IMG/VR virus record: IMGVR_UViG_3300033148_006239
Coordinates: 1 to 64,000 of that record
Strand: one strand, 5' to 3'
Source: a virus
Length of the DNA stretch: 64,000 nucleotides
Shown: one piece after another, positions 6,781 to 16,036 of the stretch
How the letters are laid out: each line of letters begins with the position of its first letter
Position numbering within the stretch: the first letter of the stretch is position 1
Program-made: the position numbers and the translations under genes
The notes under the pieces: generated by a model
Seen by the model: only the letters and a program-made list of their open reading frames with translations
The model's database searches: none
What the model was told of the DNA's origin: nothing

Positions 6781-7659
6781 ATGAAAAAATTATACAAAGT
6801 TTTTGATCCAGGTTTGATCAGCCCGTATCAGAATTTTAAATACAAAAAAGATAAAGAATATCATTGTGATAATTTTGACTATGATCAGTCGGATCATTGT
6901 AGTAATGGTTTCTATGCCGTCCCTATCGAAGGATTAATTTACACTTACCGCAAAGGTAAACATGTATACGAAGTCAATGTATGGGGTGATGAAATCATTA
7001 TAGATCAATTTAAGCAACGATACGAATATATTAATATTGGTAACAGAATACCACTGAAACAATTAAAACAACTAGTCAAAGAACAATCTAATAAAATGGA
7101 TTACAATTTATATCATACAATGTTCCCAATTGATCCACAGATAGTAAATCGTAAATTAAACAATAATGATAGTAAAATATTAGAAAAATGGGATTGTGTG
7201 AGGGATTCTGTGAGGACTTCTGTGTGGAATTCTGTGAGGGATTCTGTGAGGGATTCTGTGGGGGATTGTGTGTGGAATTCTGTGAGGGATTCTGTGAGGA
7301 CTTCTGTGAGGGCTTCTGTGTGGAATTCTGTGGGGGATTGTGTGTGGAATTCTGTGAGGGATTCTGTGTGGAATTCTGTGGGGGATTCTGTATGGGATTC
7401 TGTGAGGGATTCTGTGGGGGATTGTGTGTGGAATTCTGTGAGGGATTCTGTGGGGGATTGTGTGGGGGCTTATATATCAAACCTATTTCCATGCATGAAA
7501 AAATGGAAATATATAAATCATAAGCCAAATATTAATCCATATCAGTCATGTATTGATTTATGGCATCGTGGGTTTGTGCCTTCATTTGACGGTAAAATAT
7601 GGCGATTACATCAAGGCAGAGATGCTAAAATAATCTACGAATGGAAAGCAAAACAATGA
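6781..7659 (+). CDS. Phage protein with 23 [WRG][DNTA][SC]V tetrapeptide repeats
   Basis: GAGG RBS; N-terminal CSNGFYA domain; repeat is in frame. Confidence 0.85.
   Translation: MKKLYKVFDPGLISPYQNFKYKKDKEYHCDNFDYDQSDHCSNGFYAVPIEGLIYTYRKGKHVYEVNVWGDEIIIDQFKQRYEYINIGNRIPLKQLKQLVKEQSNKMDYNLYHTMFPIDPQIVNRKLNNNDSKILEKWDCVRDSVRTSVWNSVRDSVRDSVGDCVWNSVRDSVRTSVRASVWNSVGDCVWNSVRDSVWNSVGDSVWDSVRDSVGDCVWNSVRDSVGDCVGAYISNLFPCMKKWKYINHKPNINPYQSCIDLWHRGFVPSFDGKIWRLHQGRDAKIIYEWKAKQ
7189..7464 (+). repeat. 23 x 12-nt coding tandem repeat (consensus NGG-RAT-TCT-GTG)
   Basis: Directly visible. Confidence 0.95.
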
Positions 7660-7847
7660 TTATTTATTTAAAAAAGAGTGAACATAATATACCTGAATGG
7701 TTTAAAAACCCTAGATATACTTTGAAACATGATACATATAAAGACGAATATATTCTAGGTGATGCTGATCGTCTAATTTATTTCAGAGTACATAAATTAA
7801 ACAAAGCAAATTTCAAAAAATTTAAAAAACTTTTGGAGGAAGAATGA
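7656..7847 (+). CDS. Hypothetical protein
   Basis: ATGA overlaps at both ends. Confidence 0.7.
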   Translation: MIIYLKKSEHNIPEWFKNPRYTLKHDTYKDEYILGDADRLIYFRVHKLNKANFKKFKKLLEEE

Positions 7848-8248
7848 ATCACGACATTTATATTTCTGGACCTTTTAAAGATCCAAATAATTTAAAACTT
7901 GTAACAGAAATTAATAATCTTTGTGAATCAAATGGATTTAAAACTTTTCATACATTAAAAGATGGAATTGTTTTAGATGAAGATTCAGATAATGATAAAA
8001 TACGTGAAGCTATTAGATTGGGTATAGATGCTACATTACACGCAAAGATTTTTATAGCAATAGGACTAGATCCAGGTGTCATGTTTGAATTAGGATTAGC
8101 ATGGCGCTATGGAAAAAGAATTATATATTTCTCAAAAAATAAACCAAACAAAGTTATTTCAGCAATATCTAATTATGTAATAGAAAAAGATTTTGGTGAA
8201 CTAAATGTAGCTTTACAGATTCTTGGAGTAGATTATGACAGAAATTAA
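7844..8248 (+). CDS. Nucleoside 2-deoxyribosyltransferase / nucleotide N-hydrolase family
   Basis: IYISGPF and DPGVMFELGLA motifs. Confidence 0.75.
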   Translation: MNHDIYISGPFKDPNNLKLVTEINNLCESNGFKTFHTLKDGIVLDEDSDNDKIREAIRLGIDATLHAKIFIAIGLDPGVMFELGLAWRYGKRIIYFSKNKPNKVISAISNYVIEKDFGELNVALQILGVDYDRN

Positions 8249-9521
8249 AACAATTCTTGAAGAAATTGCATCTGAATCTAGTACAAATAAAAAAGTAGAA
8301 ATTTTACAATCTTATAAAGATAATAAAAAATTACAATCATATCTAAAAATGACTCTCGATCCTATGATTAATTTTAATGTAACTAAAAAATCGTTCAAAG
8401 ATAGATTTGAAATCTGGATTAATGATAGTGAATCTAATAATATTAATTGGTTTGAACTCAAAAAATATGTTTTAGATAAATTATGTTCAAGAGAAGTTAC
8501 TGGTCATAAAGCGTTACAATTATTTATTGATCATTATGTTGGAAATGAAATTGTTCTTAATATTATCTTCGATATGTTCCAAAAAAAAGTATGGAAAGCA
8601 AATATCTCTATTCAATTAATTAATCGTGTTTGGCCCGATGTTATTGATAAATTTCAAGTTCAATTAGCACAAAAATATTCTAAAGCTGAATTACCTTTTG
8701 ATATTACTTATGCATCCAGAAAACTTGATGGTACAAGAGCATTAATATTTATTTATGAAAATTCAATAAAAATCTTTTCAAGAAATGGAAAAGAAATACA
8801 CACCTTAGAATCATTCAAAAAAGATTTACTTAAACATATACAAGAATCTCATTATTCACGTATTATTCCATGTGTCATTGATGGTGAATTGTGTGTTGTT
8901 GATGAAAATAATAATGAAAGTTTTCAATCTATCATAAAACAATTACGTAGAAAAGATTATGATATAAAAAATGCAACATTTTATGTATTTGATTGGCTAT
9001 TAGTAGACGAATTCTATGAAAATATAAAATCTCCACAATTCAGTTATAGACTAAATGCTTTAAACTATTTTTGTAATACAATTGATTATGACAAAGTCAA
9101 AGCATTAAAACAGATCGTAGTCAAAAGAGAAAGCCATTTACAAAGATTAATTGAATCTGCATCAGAAAGAAATTGGGAAGGAATAATGCTTAAAAATGGT
9201 GAAAGTATTTATAAAGGAAAAAGAACTAAAAATCTGCTAAAAGTAAAGAAAATGAGTGATAACGAATATACAGTCACAAGATTAGAAGAAGGGTCTGCAA
9301 AATATATTGGAAGATTAGGTGCGGCAATAATTATACATAAAGATAATGAAGTTCATGTAGGTAGTGGCTGGTCTGATTCAGAAAGAGATTACTATTGGAA
9401 AAATAAAAATGAATTAATCGGAAAGAAAATTACAGTTCAATACTTTGAAGAAACTAAAAATCAACTAGGAAAATATTCCCTTAGATTTCCAGTCTTTAAA
9501 GGAGTAAGAGATTATGAATAA
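8235..9521 (+). CDS. ATP-dependent DNA ligase
   Basis: KLDGTR, IDGEL, YVFD, WEGIMLK, LLKVK, SLRFPVF motifs. Confidence 0.95.
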   Translation: MTEIKTILEEIASESSTNKKVEILQSYKDNKKLQSYLKMTLDPMINFNVTKKSFKDRFEIWINDSESNNINWFELKKYVLDKLCSREVTGHKALQLFIDHYVGNEIVLNIIFDMFQKKVWKANISIQLINRVWPDVIDKFQVQLAQKYSKAELPFDITYASRKLDGTRALIFIYENSIKIFSRNGKEIHTLESFKKDLLKHIQESHYSRIIPCVIDGELCVVDENNNESFQSIIKQLRRKDYDIKNATFYVFDWLLVDEFYENIKSPQFSYRLNALNYFCNTIDYDKVKALKQIVVKRESHLQRLIESASERNWEGIMLKNGESIYKGKRTKNLLKVKKMSDNEYTVTRLEEGSAKYIGRLGAAIIIHKDNEVHVGSGWSDSERDYYWKNKNELIGKKITVQYFEETKNQLGKYSLRFPVFKGVRDYE

Positions 9522-9681
9522 TAAAAAAGAAATTGAAGAAATTATTGAAAAATATTTAATTGAGAAATTAATAATTTCTTTTGATCGTTATACAAATAAT
9601 TGTGGTGATGAAATAATAGAAATTGAAATTTCTTTAAAAGATACAAAATTTTCCATAATTAAATCAATAACAGTAAATTGA
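9514..9681 (+). CDS. 55-aa hypothetical protein
   Basis: Not in track; AAGGAG RBS inside the ligase 3' end. Confidence 0.55.
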   Translation: MNNKKEIEEIIEKYLIEKLIISFDRYTNNCGDEIIEIEISLKDTKFSIIKSITVN

Positions 9682-9712
9682 AAACTTTTTTTAATCAAAT
9701 AAAATCAGCCTA

Positions 9713-9741
9713 TTTTCTTTGTAAAACTTATTTATTATAAT
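9713..9741 (+). promoter_or_regulatory. Early-class promoter TTTTCT-N17-TATAAT
   Basis: Consensus match. Confidence 0.75.
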
Positions 9742-9790
9742 ATAAATAACAAAATAAAAGGTTATTACTTAATAACCAATGGAGAAAAAT

Positions 9791-10264
9791 ATGATAACTA
9801 ATTTTATTTCAAACAGAAATCTTCAAGACTTACTTCTAGGTGAACCTCAAATTGAAATTTTCAAAGACCAAAATAATGAATTTCATTTTATTCATTTTGA
9901 AGATATTCATATTGAAATATGGGAAGATGATTCCCTAAAACAACAATCTCATTCTAATAATGTTTCATCAATAAACGAACAAGATTTACTTAATAATGAA
10001 ATTGTTATTGCAAACAATATAGAAAATGTTAAATTAGTTCTTGAAGAAAGACTTCAAAACAAATACTTTCTTGTAATCTCAGAAAAGAAAACATACAAAG
10101 TCAAGATTAAAGCAACATTTGAACTTGAAACGACAATTGAAAATACAACAGAAGAACTAGCAAAAAGAGAAGCAGAAAAATATGAAATTGAATGTAGCTG
10201 CGACAGTGAACTTGAAGTAATAGATGAAGACTTTAATATTGAAGTAGAGGAAGAGGGAGAATAA
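9791..10264 (+). CDS. Acidic hypothetical protein
   Basis: GGAG RBS at 9781 before ATG 9791. Confidence 0.8.
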   Translation: MITNFISNRNLQDLLLGEPQIEIFKDQNNEFHFIHFEDIHIEIWEDDSLKQQSHSNNVSSINEQDLLNNEIVIANNIENVKLVLEERLQNKYFLVISEKKTYKVKIKATFELETTIENTTEELAKREAEKYEIECSCDSELEVIDEDFNIEVEEEGE

Positions 10265-10917
10265 TGAAAATAATAAATAACTGGTCAATAGTAGATGGAA
10301 TCGGTATTTATGTTTCACCTCAAGCTATAAATTATCATATCTATCTCATAGGTAGTATCGAAGGTGTTAATACACAAACATCATATATTAAGAAATTAAT
10401 ACTTTACGACAATAAAATTGAAACACTAAATAGCGTTTATGAATTAGGTCAAAAATCAGAAAATTATTCAAGATTTCTATCTGAAGAAGATCTATCAATT
10501 ACAGATGCATATCCAAATAGTGATCTAATTGATTTATTCATTAAAAATGAATTAAAATTAGGAACACTAAAAGGTTGTCTAAAAACGGGGTGGTATGATT
10601 GGTTTTGTGAACCTGAAAAAATACCAAGCAAAACAAAAAAATTATTAAGACTGCTTTATGAAATTAGAAATACAAAAAAGTTTGATATTTCTAATACAGC
10701 AGTAATGTTCAAAAATAATTGTCATGTAGATTATGGACTGTACGATGATTTTAGAATATTGGATTTATATAAACAATCTTCAAATCCAATATTCACAATA
10801 ATACCATATTATCCACACATTAAGCAATCAGCAGTTTATGGACCTGAAAATAAGTTTGAAGAACCATTGGTGAGTGGAACATGGAACGACGTTTTAAGAT
10901 TTTTTAATAAGGAATAA
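10264..10917 (+). CDS. Hypothetical protein, apparently two domains
   Basis: TAATG coupling; C-domain GWYDWFC...FKNNC...LYDDFRI. Confidence 0.8.
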   Translation: MKIINNWSIVDGIGIYVSPQAINYHIYLIGSIEGVNTQTSYIKKLILYDNKIETLNSVYELGQKSENYSRFLSEEDLSITDAYPNSDLIDLFIKNELKLGTLKGCLKTGWYDWFCEPEKIPSKTKKLLRLLYEIRNTKKFDISNTAVMFKNNCHVDYGLYDDFRILDLYKQSSNPIFTIIPYYPHIKQSAVYGPENKFEEPLVSGTWNDVLRFFNKE

Positions 10918-10962
10918 TATTTATATTATTCTCAAATTTTGTTCAAAAACAAGGAGTAACTT

Positions 10963-11310
10963 ATGGACAACATTGTAGAAACTTATCAAGATATATTGGA
11001 TACAATGAGTTCAAATATTGACGAATTCTTTGAATCACAACCAATCTCTAAAAAAGCGATTGAAGAAATTCAAACTGAATTTGATGATCTCAATTGTGAC
11101 AACGTTCTTGTCAACGAAAAGACAAGATGCCTTGTCTTTTTAAACGAAAAGACACTCAAAAATTGGAGTGAAAAAACTCCAATAAAACCAAAGAACATTA
11201 TTAACATGGACAGTGCATTTGTTGCTTACCAACGTATACCATCAAATGCAAATAAAGAAGTTAAAGGATTTTTTCAGTTAATCACAGGTGAGAGAAAGGC
11301 AAATGTATAA
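10963..11310 (+). CDS. Hypothetical protein
   Basis: AAGGAG RBS. Confidence 0.8.
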   Translation: MDNIVETYQDILDTMSSNIDEFFESQPISKKAIEEIQTEFDDLNCDNVLVNEKTRCLVFLNEKTLKNWSEKTPIKPKNIINMDSAFVAYQRIPSNANKEVKGFFQLITGERKANV

Positions 11311-11316
11311 TATGAT

Positions 11317-11345
11317 TTTACTTTATTAATCAGTTTTATTAGGTT
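11317..11345 (+). promoter_or_regulatory. Early-class promoter TTTACT-N17-TAGGTT, near twin of the promoter at 1587
   Basis: TTTACTTTATTAATCAGTTTTATTA vs TTTTCTTTATTAATCTATTTTATTA. Confidence 0.55.
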
Positions 11346-11351
11346 ATTAAC

Positions 11352-11484
11352 TGATTAAGTCCTTTTTATATGAAGTTTAATTATATATTCCTCCCAGTAC
11401 AATAATTAAACTTCATTTTTTTCGCAATACTGTAACATATTTTTCTCCAAAGGGGCATGGTACTCACTTTCCATGCCCCTTTTC
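11352..11484 (+). ncRNA. Candidate small RNA 2 with anti-RBS segments
   Basis: 15-bp perfect stem (11370-11384/11402-11416) enclosing UUCCUCCC; CAUAUUUUUCUCCAA at 11436-11450; ends at terminator. Confidence 0.5.
11449..11484. terminator. Terminator between convergent blocks
   Basis: AAAGGGGCATGG...CCATGCCCCTTTT. Confidence 0.8.
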
Positions 11485-11620
11485 TAGACTTAAAATGTGG
11501 TTGAAAAATTTTAATAGGCAGGAGATTATTTATATTTATTTAATATAAACCTATATTAAATATAAAAAGATTCAATAGAGATAATTCTGGATTCAGAGAT
11601 AATAATTAAAATTAATTAAA

Positions 11621-11923
11621 TTAGCCACCACAACAACCACTTGGGACATGTTTTTCTTGTTTATATTGATTTATTTGTTCGTTGATGTCTTTCTTCATTT
11701 TCTTTAAAGTTTCAGTAATCATAACTATTTCATTGTCATTTCTTGCATGATCTCTTTTATATAATGCTCGTTCAACAAAAAACATCATTTTATTCACATA
11801 ATCTTTAGGTAAATCTTTACCTATAAGATAACCATCAACATCAATAACTACTTTCTCTTTTAATAACTTAGTAATAATTAAAATTTCTTCATTGAAATCA
11901 TTAATTAATCTTTCTTTTAACAT
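11621..11923 (-). CDS. Hypothetical protein ending GCCGG
   Basis: GGAG RBS before ATG 11923, preceded by a 22-bp palindrome (11936-11957). Confidence 0.75.
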   Translation of the reverse strand: MLKERLINDFNEEILIITKLLKEKVVIDVDGYLIGKDLPKDYVNKMMFFVERALYKRDHARNDNEIVMITETLKKMKKDINEQINQYKQEKHVPSGCCGG

Positions 11924-11972
11924 GATAATACTCCAATGGCTCACATATGTGAGCCATCTAAGTCTATAATTA

Positions 11973-12452
11973 TTATTCTGATAAGTAATCGTTTATTTCA
12001 TTAAGAATCTCATCTTCTTCATCAAACCAAGCTTTAATCCTACGAAGTAATTGTTTATATTTCTCTATCTGTCCTTCAAGATTTTCTATAATTTGATTAA
12101 GACTTTCGTTGTCTCTTTGAACTTGTGCAACAAGAATATCGAGAGCTTCTTTGTCTTTCTTTAACTGATCCAAAGTTTCAATTATATCTCTAGCCTGCTC
12201 TTCGTATTTAACTGCTTTTTCTTCTAAAGTATCAACTTGTCCATTTAATGTATTATTTTCATTTTCAAGATTAGCGTTGTCTCTTTGCAAACCCTTAATC
12301 ATATTAAAAAGTACATCAAACAATGACTTACCTTCTGCCACTACTTGTTCGGCAGATTGCTCTTCTTCTTGAGATTCATCTTGAGCAGCAAATACTGGTG
12401 CTGCAATAAACATTATACATAAAAGAATTAAAATTGAAAAATATATTTTCAT
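11973..12452 (-). CDS. Exported coiled-coil protein
   Basis: Signal peptide ending VFA, heptad repeats, AGGAGG RBS. Confidence 0.8.
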   Translation of the reverse strand: MKIYFSILILLCIMFIAAPVFAAQDESQEEEQSAEQVVAEGKSLFDVLFNMIKGLQRDNANLENENNTLNGQVDTLEEKAVKYEEQARDIIETLDQLKKDKEALDILVAQVQRDNESLNQIIENLEGQIEKYKQLLRRIKAWFDEEDEILNEINDYLSE

Positions 12453-12713
12453 AGAAGCCTCCTAATTAATTAGCTATATTAAATATAATAAAATATTAAA
12501 AAAAATCATAATACCATTAAAATTTTTCATATTTAATAATCTACTTTTTTTATTTTTAAAAAAGTATTTTTCTTTTTATAGTAATTAATAACGTATTTCA
12601 GATTTTTTCCTATTGTCCATTTAGCTATATTAGCGGCATCAATAATAATTTCATTTTCAACTTCTAATCCAAAACAGGCATATTTCAATGTAATTTGATA
12701 TAAATATCTCATA

Positions 12714-12920
12714 TTATTTATTTAAACAACACTTCTTATATTTTTTACCAGACCCACAAAAACATTGATCATTTCTTCCTATTTTTTCTTTATTAATAAT
12801 CTGTTTCTTAGCTTGTAATTCATTTCTACAATCTTTAGTATACTGTCTATTGATTTTAACCCACTCGTCTAAAGAAATATTGGGAAATGAATCATCTTTT
12901 ATCTCTATTAAGTCCATCAT
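12714..12920 (-). CDS. SEC-C motif protein
   Basis: [20 protein letters not shown]. Confidence 0.85.
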   Translation of the reverse strand: MMDLIEIKDDSFPNISLDEWVKINRQYTKDCRNELQAKKQIINKEKIGRNDQCFCGSGKKYKKCCLNK

Positions 12921-13429
12921 ATTTTAATTTTTATAGATTTTAATTTAGATGTTAATTCCTTAAATGATTCAATCGTATCTTTAAGCATTTCTATATGATC
13001 CTCTACGACACCTTCTGTTTCATCAAGATCATCTAACATTTTGTCATACAATTTTTCTTGTTTTCTGTTAAACGCGTTATCAGATTTTTTATCTATTTGA
13101 TTATATTTTTTCTTTATTTTTTTATCTAATTGTTTACAATATTTTAGTTCATTTTGTATTGAAAGTAAAAAATCTGATTTATTTGTAGTAGCGACATTAT
13201 ATTCTTCTACGTCGATATTATTATCATGCTCTAATAATATTTGATTGTTATTTTTCGCCACGGCTTTATATCTCATTCTTAATAGCAAAATATAAAGTAT
13301 AATAATTTGTAATGATATTGAGCATACATATATATGTAAAAAACTATCAGTACTAATTAAAACAAGCGTAGCTAAGATTATGTTAATTACTGCTATAGCT
13401 ATACATAATTTAATTTTTAAATTTCTCAT
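12917..13429 (-). CDS. Two-TM membrane protein with coiled-coil tail
   Basis: Two hydrophobic N-terminal segments. Confidence 0.75.
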   Translation of the reverse strand: MRNLKIKLCIAIAVINIILATLVLISTDSFLHIYVCSISLQIIILYILLLRMRYKAVAKNNNQILLEHDNNIDVEEYNVATTNKSDFLLSIQNELKYCKQLDKKIKKKYNQIDKKSDNAFNRKQEKLYDKMLDDLDETEGVVEDHIEMLKDTIESFKELTSKLKSIKIKI

Positions 13430-13520
13430 GATTCTTAATACCTATTATAGTTTAATATAATTCTTTTACAATACATATTTTCATAATTAAATAATCATAT
13501 ATTTATTCTCCTAACTTAAA

Positions 13521-13835
13521 TTATTCTTCTGTAGATTCAGTGATTTCTTCGATATGCTCAACAGATTCTGCGGCTTGTTTTTCTGCGGCTTGTTTTTCTG
13601 CTTTCTGATTTTCTAATTCAGCATTTAGCTGTGTTGCTATCCATGTAGCTTTAGATTCAAGTGTTTTATCAGCAAATATTACTTTTGTCTCTTTAAATTG
13701 TAAAAATTCCCACAGTGACATCTTATAAATTAACTTATCACATATGACTGTACTAAAATTTGCTTTAAAGTTAAATGTATCTAAATCACCAACAAAGATA
13801 ATTAACTTCTTTTTTTCATTTTTAATGTTATCCAT
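13521..13835 (-). CDS. Hypothetical protein
   Basis: ORF in operon; EKQAA x2. Confidence 0.7.
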   Translation of the reverse strand: MDNIKNEKKKLIIFVGDLDTFNFKANFSTVICDKLIYKMSLWEFLQFKETKVIFADKTLESKATWIATQLNAELENQKAEKQAAEKQAAESVEHIEEITESTEE

Positions 13836-13836
13836 T

Positions 13837-14100
13837 TTAAAATCCTATATTTTCAATTACATCATTTAAAAAATTAAACTGATTCTGTGTTTCTGCAAAA
13901 TCACTAGCTGATTTATTTTCATACCACTCATCTAAAACTTGAGTAAATTTATTTATTTTATCGTGTTCCCAATTATCTACAATATACATCTTTATTTCAC
14001 GAATAAATTTATTTCCATCATTTATATTTGCTTTTTTAATAGCATCTTTTAAGTGACCAGGATGATGCAATTCAACAGCAGATATTATTTCAATAATCAT
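13837..14100 (-). CDS. Hypothetical protein
   Basis: GGAG RBS; TTTATTATATTATAA promoter-like motif upstream. Confidence 0.75.
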   Translation of the reverse strand: MIIEIISAVELHHPGHLKDAIKKANINDGNKFIREIKMYIVDNWEHDKINKFTQVLDEWYENKSASDFAETQNQFNFLNDVIENIGF

Positions 14101-14161
14101 ATTGACTCCATCTAAACACGTAACTTTACTTTTATAATATAATAAAAGATATTAAAATTAT

Positions 14162-14488
14162 TTAATCAAAAGTTTTACTAAAAGGCGATTTTAAATCATC
14201 TAAACATTTTTGATATAATACACAAAATATTTTATAAAGTCTCTTAAACCAATCATCTGGTTCAATAGTATTAGATTTAAAAAATTCAAACCATGTACTA
14301 TCTTTATTTTCAAATTCTTCTTTGTTATATTTTGAAAACCCTATCTTTGTTGTTTCTAAAGGATCGTTAATATAAATAAGTTTTACTAAATTATAATCAT
14401 CAACAACTCCTTGAGTTATTATTGGAGTAACCTCGCAAATACACTCTTCATCTAATCCTCTTTTACTGAATGCTGACATTCTTTTCAT
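14162..14488 (-). CDS. Hypothetical protein
   Basis: ATGA coupling. Confidence 0.7.
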   Translation of the reverse strand: MKRMSAFSKRGLDEECICEVTPIITQGVVDDYNLVKLIYINDPLETTKIGFSKYNKEEFENKDSTWFEFFKSNTIEPDDWFKRLYKIFCVLYQKCLDDLKSPFSKTFD

Positions 14489-14724
14489 TTTTTAGCAACT
14501 AATTTCTTTAATTGATCAACAATTTCTTTATATTTGTTATGTTCATATTGTTTAATCTTAAGATTTATTTCTTCAAAATATTCTTTAACATGATATTTTC
14601 TATTATTAATAAATTTTATTTCAGTAACTTGATGTCCTTCAATATCAACATATTCAATAGTTAAAATATTATTATAATTAACCAATATCGTTTTATTAAA
14701 TGATACTTCTGTCAATTCAATCAT
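14485..14724 (-). CDS. Flagellar FlbD/SwrD-like protein
   Basis: MIELT...ILVNYNNILTIE...TEIKFINNRKYHVKE..EEI..KI..Y fits the FlbD pattern. Confidence 0.6.
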   Translation of the reverse strand: MIELTEVSFNKTILVNYNNILTIEYVDIEGHQVTEIKFINNRKYHVKEYFEEINLKIKQYEHNKYKEIVDQLKKLVAKK

Positions 14725-15056
14725 TTCTGTATCCCTATAGATTTCAATTCTTTTCTAAGATTGTTACACCGCTCTCCGTCAATAGAAAAATTTCTACATA
14801 TCATAGGCCTATCCTCATAAATCTCACACAAAAATCCTTCAATATGATTTCCCACCAAAAACACACACCTAGACATATTATTATAAAAATCATCATGTTT
14901 TACCTTTAAATAACCTTTGCCTTCTTTATCAAAAATAATATGTTCTTCAGAAAACATTTCTATTTCTCTATCCTGAAGACGAACATATTTCTTAGGAAAC
15001 CCAGGCATCATACAACAAATTCCACATTCTTGACAATTATATTCATTCATGATCAT
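14721..15056 (-). CDS. YkgJ-family Cys-cluster (CxxCxxCC) protein
   Basis: CQECGICC...RCVFL...CEIYEDRPMICRNF. Confidence 0.85.
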   Translation of the reverse strand: MIMNEYNCQECGICCMMPGFPKKYVRLQDREIEMFSEEHIIFDKEGKGYLKVKHDDFYNNMSRCVFLVGNHIEGFLCEIYEDRPMICRNFSIDGERCNNLRKELKSIGIQK

Positions 15057-15468
15057 AATTCTCTATATTTCCTTCAGGAAATAGTTCTAAATGCTCTTTT
15101 TCATATGCGTCTAAAACAGCAATTATTTCTTTAGGTGATTTACCGGCAAGTGTTTGAATATTTATATTAAACATTTGTCTAATACTTTTAACAACTTCAT
15201 TGGTATATCCAATAGTATTACACATTAATTGTTCTACTTCTGATCTTGTATTAACAAGACTTTCGTAGATCATATTTTCAACCAAAACATCTTGAAATTC
15301 ATCATAGGCATCATATTTAGCACCTGCTAATCTAACTTCACAATCAACCCATTTATATGCAAAAAATATAGAAAGCAATATTGAAAGAACAAAAATACCT
15401 TTAAATACCCACGTGGGCATTATAAGACTATTTTTTAGTTCTTTTATAACATCATCAGGAATTTCCAT
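15043..15468 (-). CDS. Single-TM protein
   Basis: GAGGAG RBS, hydrophobic segment. Confidence 0.75.
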   Translation of the reverse strand: MEIPDDVIKELKNSLIMPTWVFKGIFVLSILLSIFFAYKWVDCEVRLAGAKYDAYDEFQDVLVENMIYESLVNTRSEVEQLMCNTIGYTNEVVKSIRQMFNINIQTLAGKSPKEIIAVLDAYEKEHLELFPEGNIENYDHE

Positions 15469-15477
15469 AATTGCTCC

Positions 15478-15990
15478 TCAATTTACACGTTTAGGTGTAG
15501 TTTTATTTTCATCATCTCCATGGGCCATATCTTTTTCTTGTACTTCTTTTTCTTTTGCTTTAGCCTCTTCCATTTTTCTTTTATTTTCTTTAACTATATT
15601 TGAACCTTTTGGAGGTGTTCTTTGAATAAAATTACCTTTATCATCTTTTGAAGATAAAAGATACATCATAGGTGCTTGTTCAAATACTTTAAATTCTTCT
15701 TTAGTTGAAATACCTTCAAATTCATTTAAACATATTTTACGTGCAATACGTAAATTCATTCTAATTTCTTCTTCATCGAGAGATGTCATTTCTTCTTCTA
15801 ACTGAAATAGATATGTTACTAATACAGTCAATAACGTTTGAGTTGATTGCCTAGTAGCTACTTCGGCACCTCTAACTTTTACTAATCTTAATATTAAATC
15901 ACCTGTATTTTTTCTAACATATCCTTTAGAATCTTTTTTCTCTTTTTTTTCTTTGCTATTTATTTCAACTACTTTTTCTTCATCTGACAT
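15478..15990 (-). CDS. Hypothetical protein
   Basis: AGGAG RBS preceded by hairpin CTAGGGCC-aattaa-GGCCCTAG (16006-16027). Confidence 0.8.
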   Translation of the reverse strand: MSDEEKVVEINSKEKKEKKDSKGYVRKNTGDLILRLVKVRGAEVATRQSTQTLLTVLVTYLFQLEEEMTSLDEEEIRMNLRIARKICLNEFEGISTKEEFKVFEQAPMMYLLSSKDDKGNFIQRTPPKGSNIVKENKRKMEEAKAKEKEVQEKDMAHGDDENKTTPKRVN

Positions 15991-16036
15991 AAAAAATCTC
16001 CTATACTAGGGCCAATTAAGGCCCTAGATTTTTGAA

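Noticed and set aside
7189-7464. CRISPR array or DGR variable region
   Set aside because: Contiguous 12-nt in-frame units with no spacers; no template repeat or reverse transcriptase in the window
7088-7528. ORFs 7088-7528 (-) and 7188-7523 (+)
   Set aside because: Stop-free shadows of the coding repeat, no RBS
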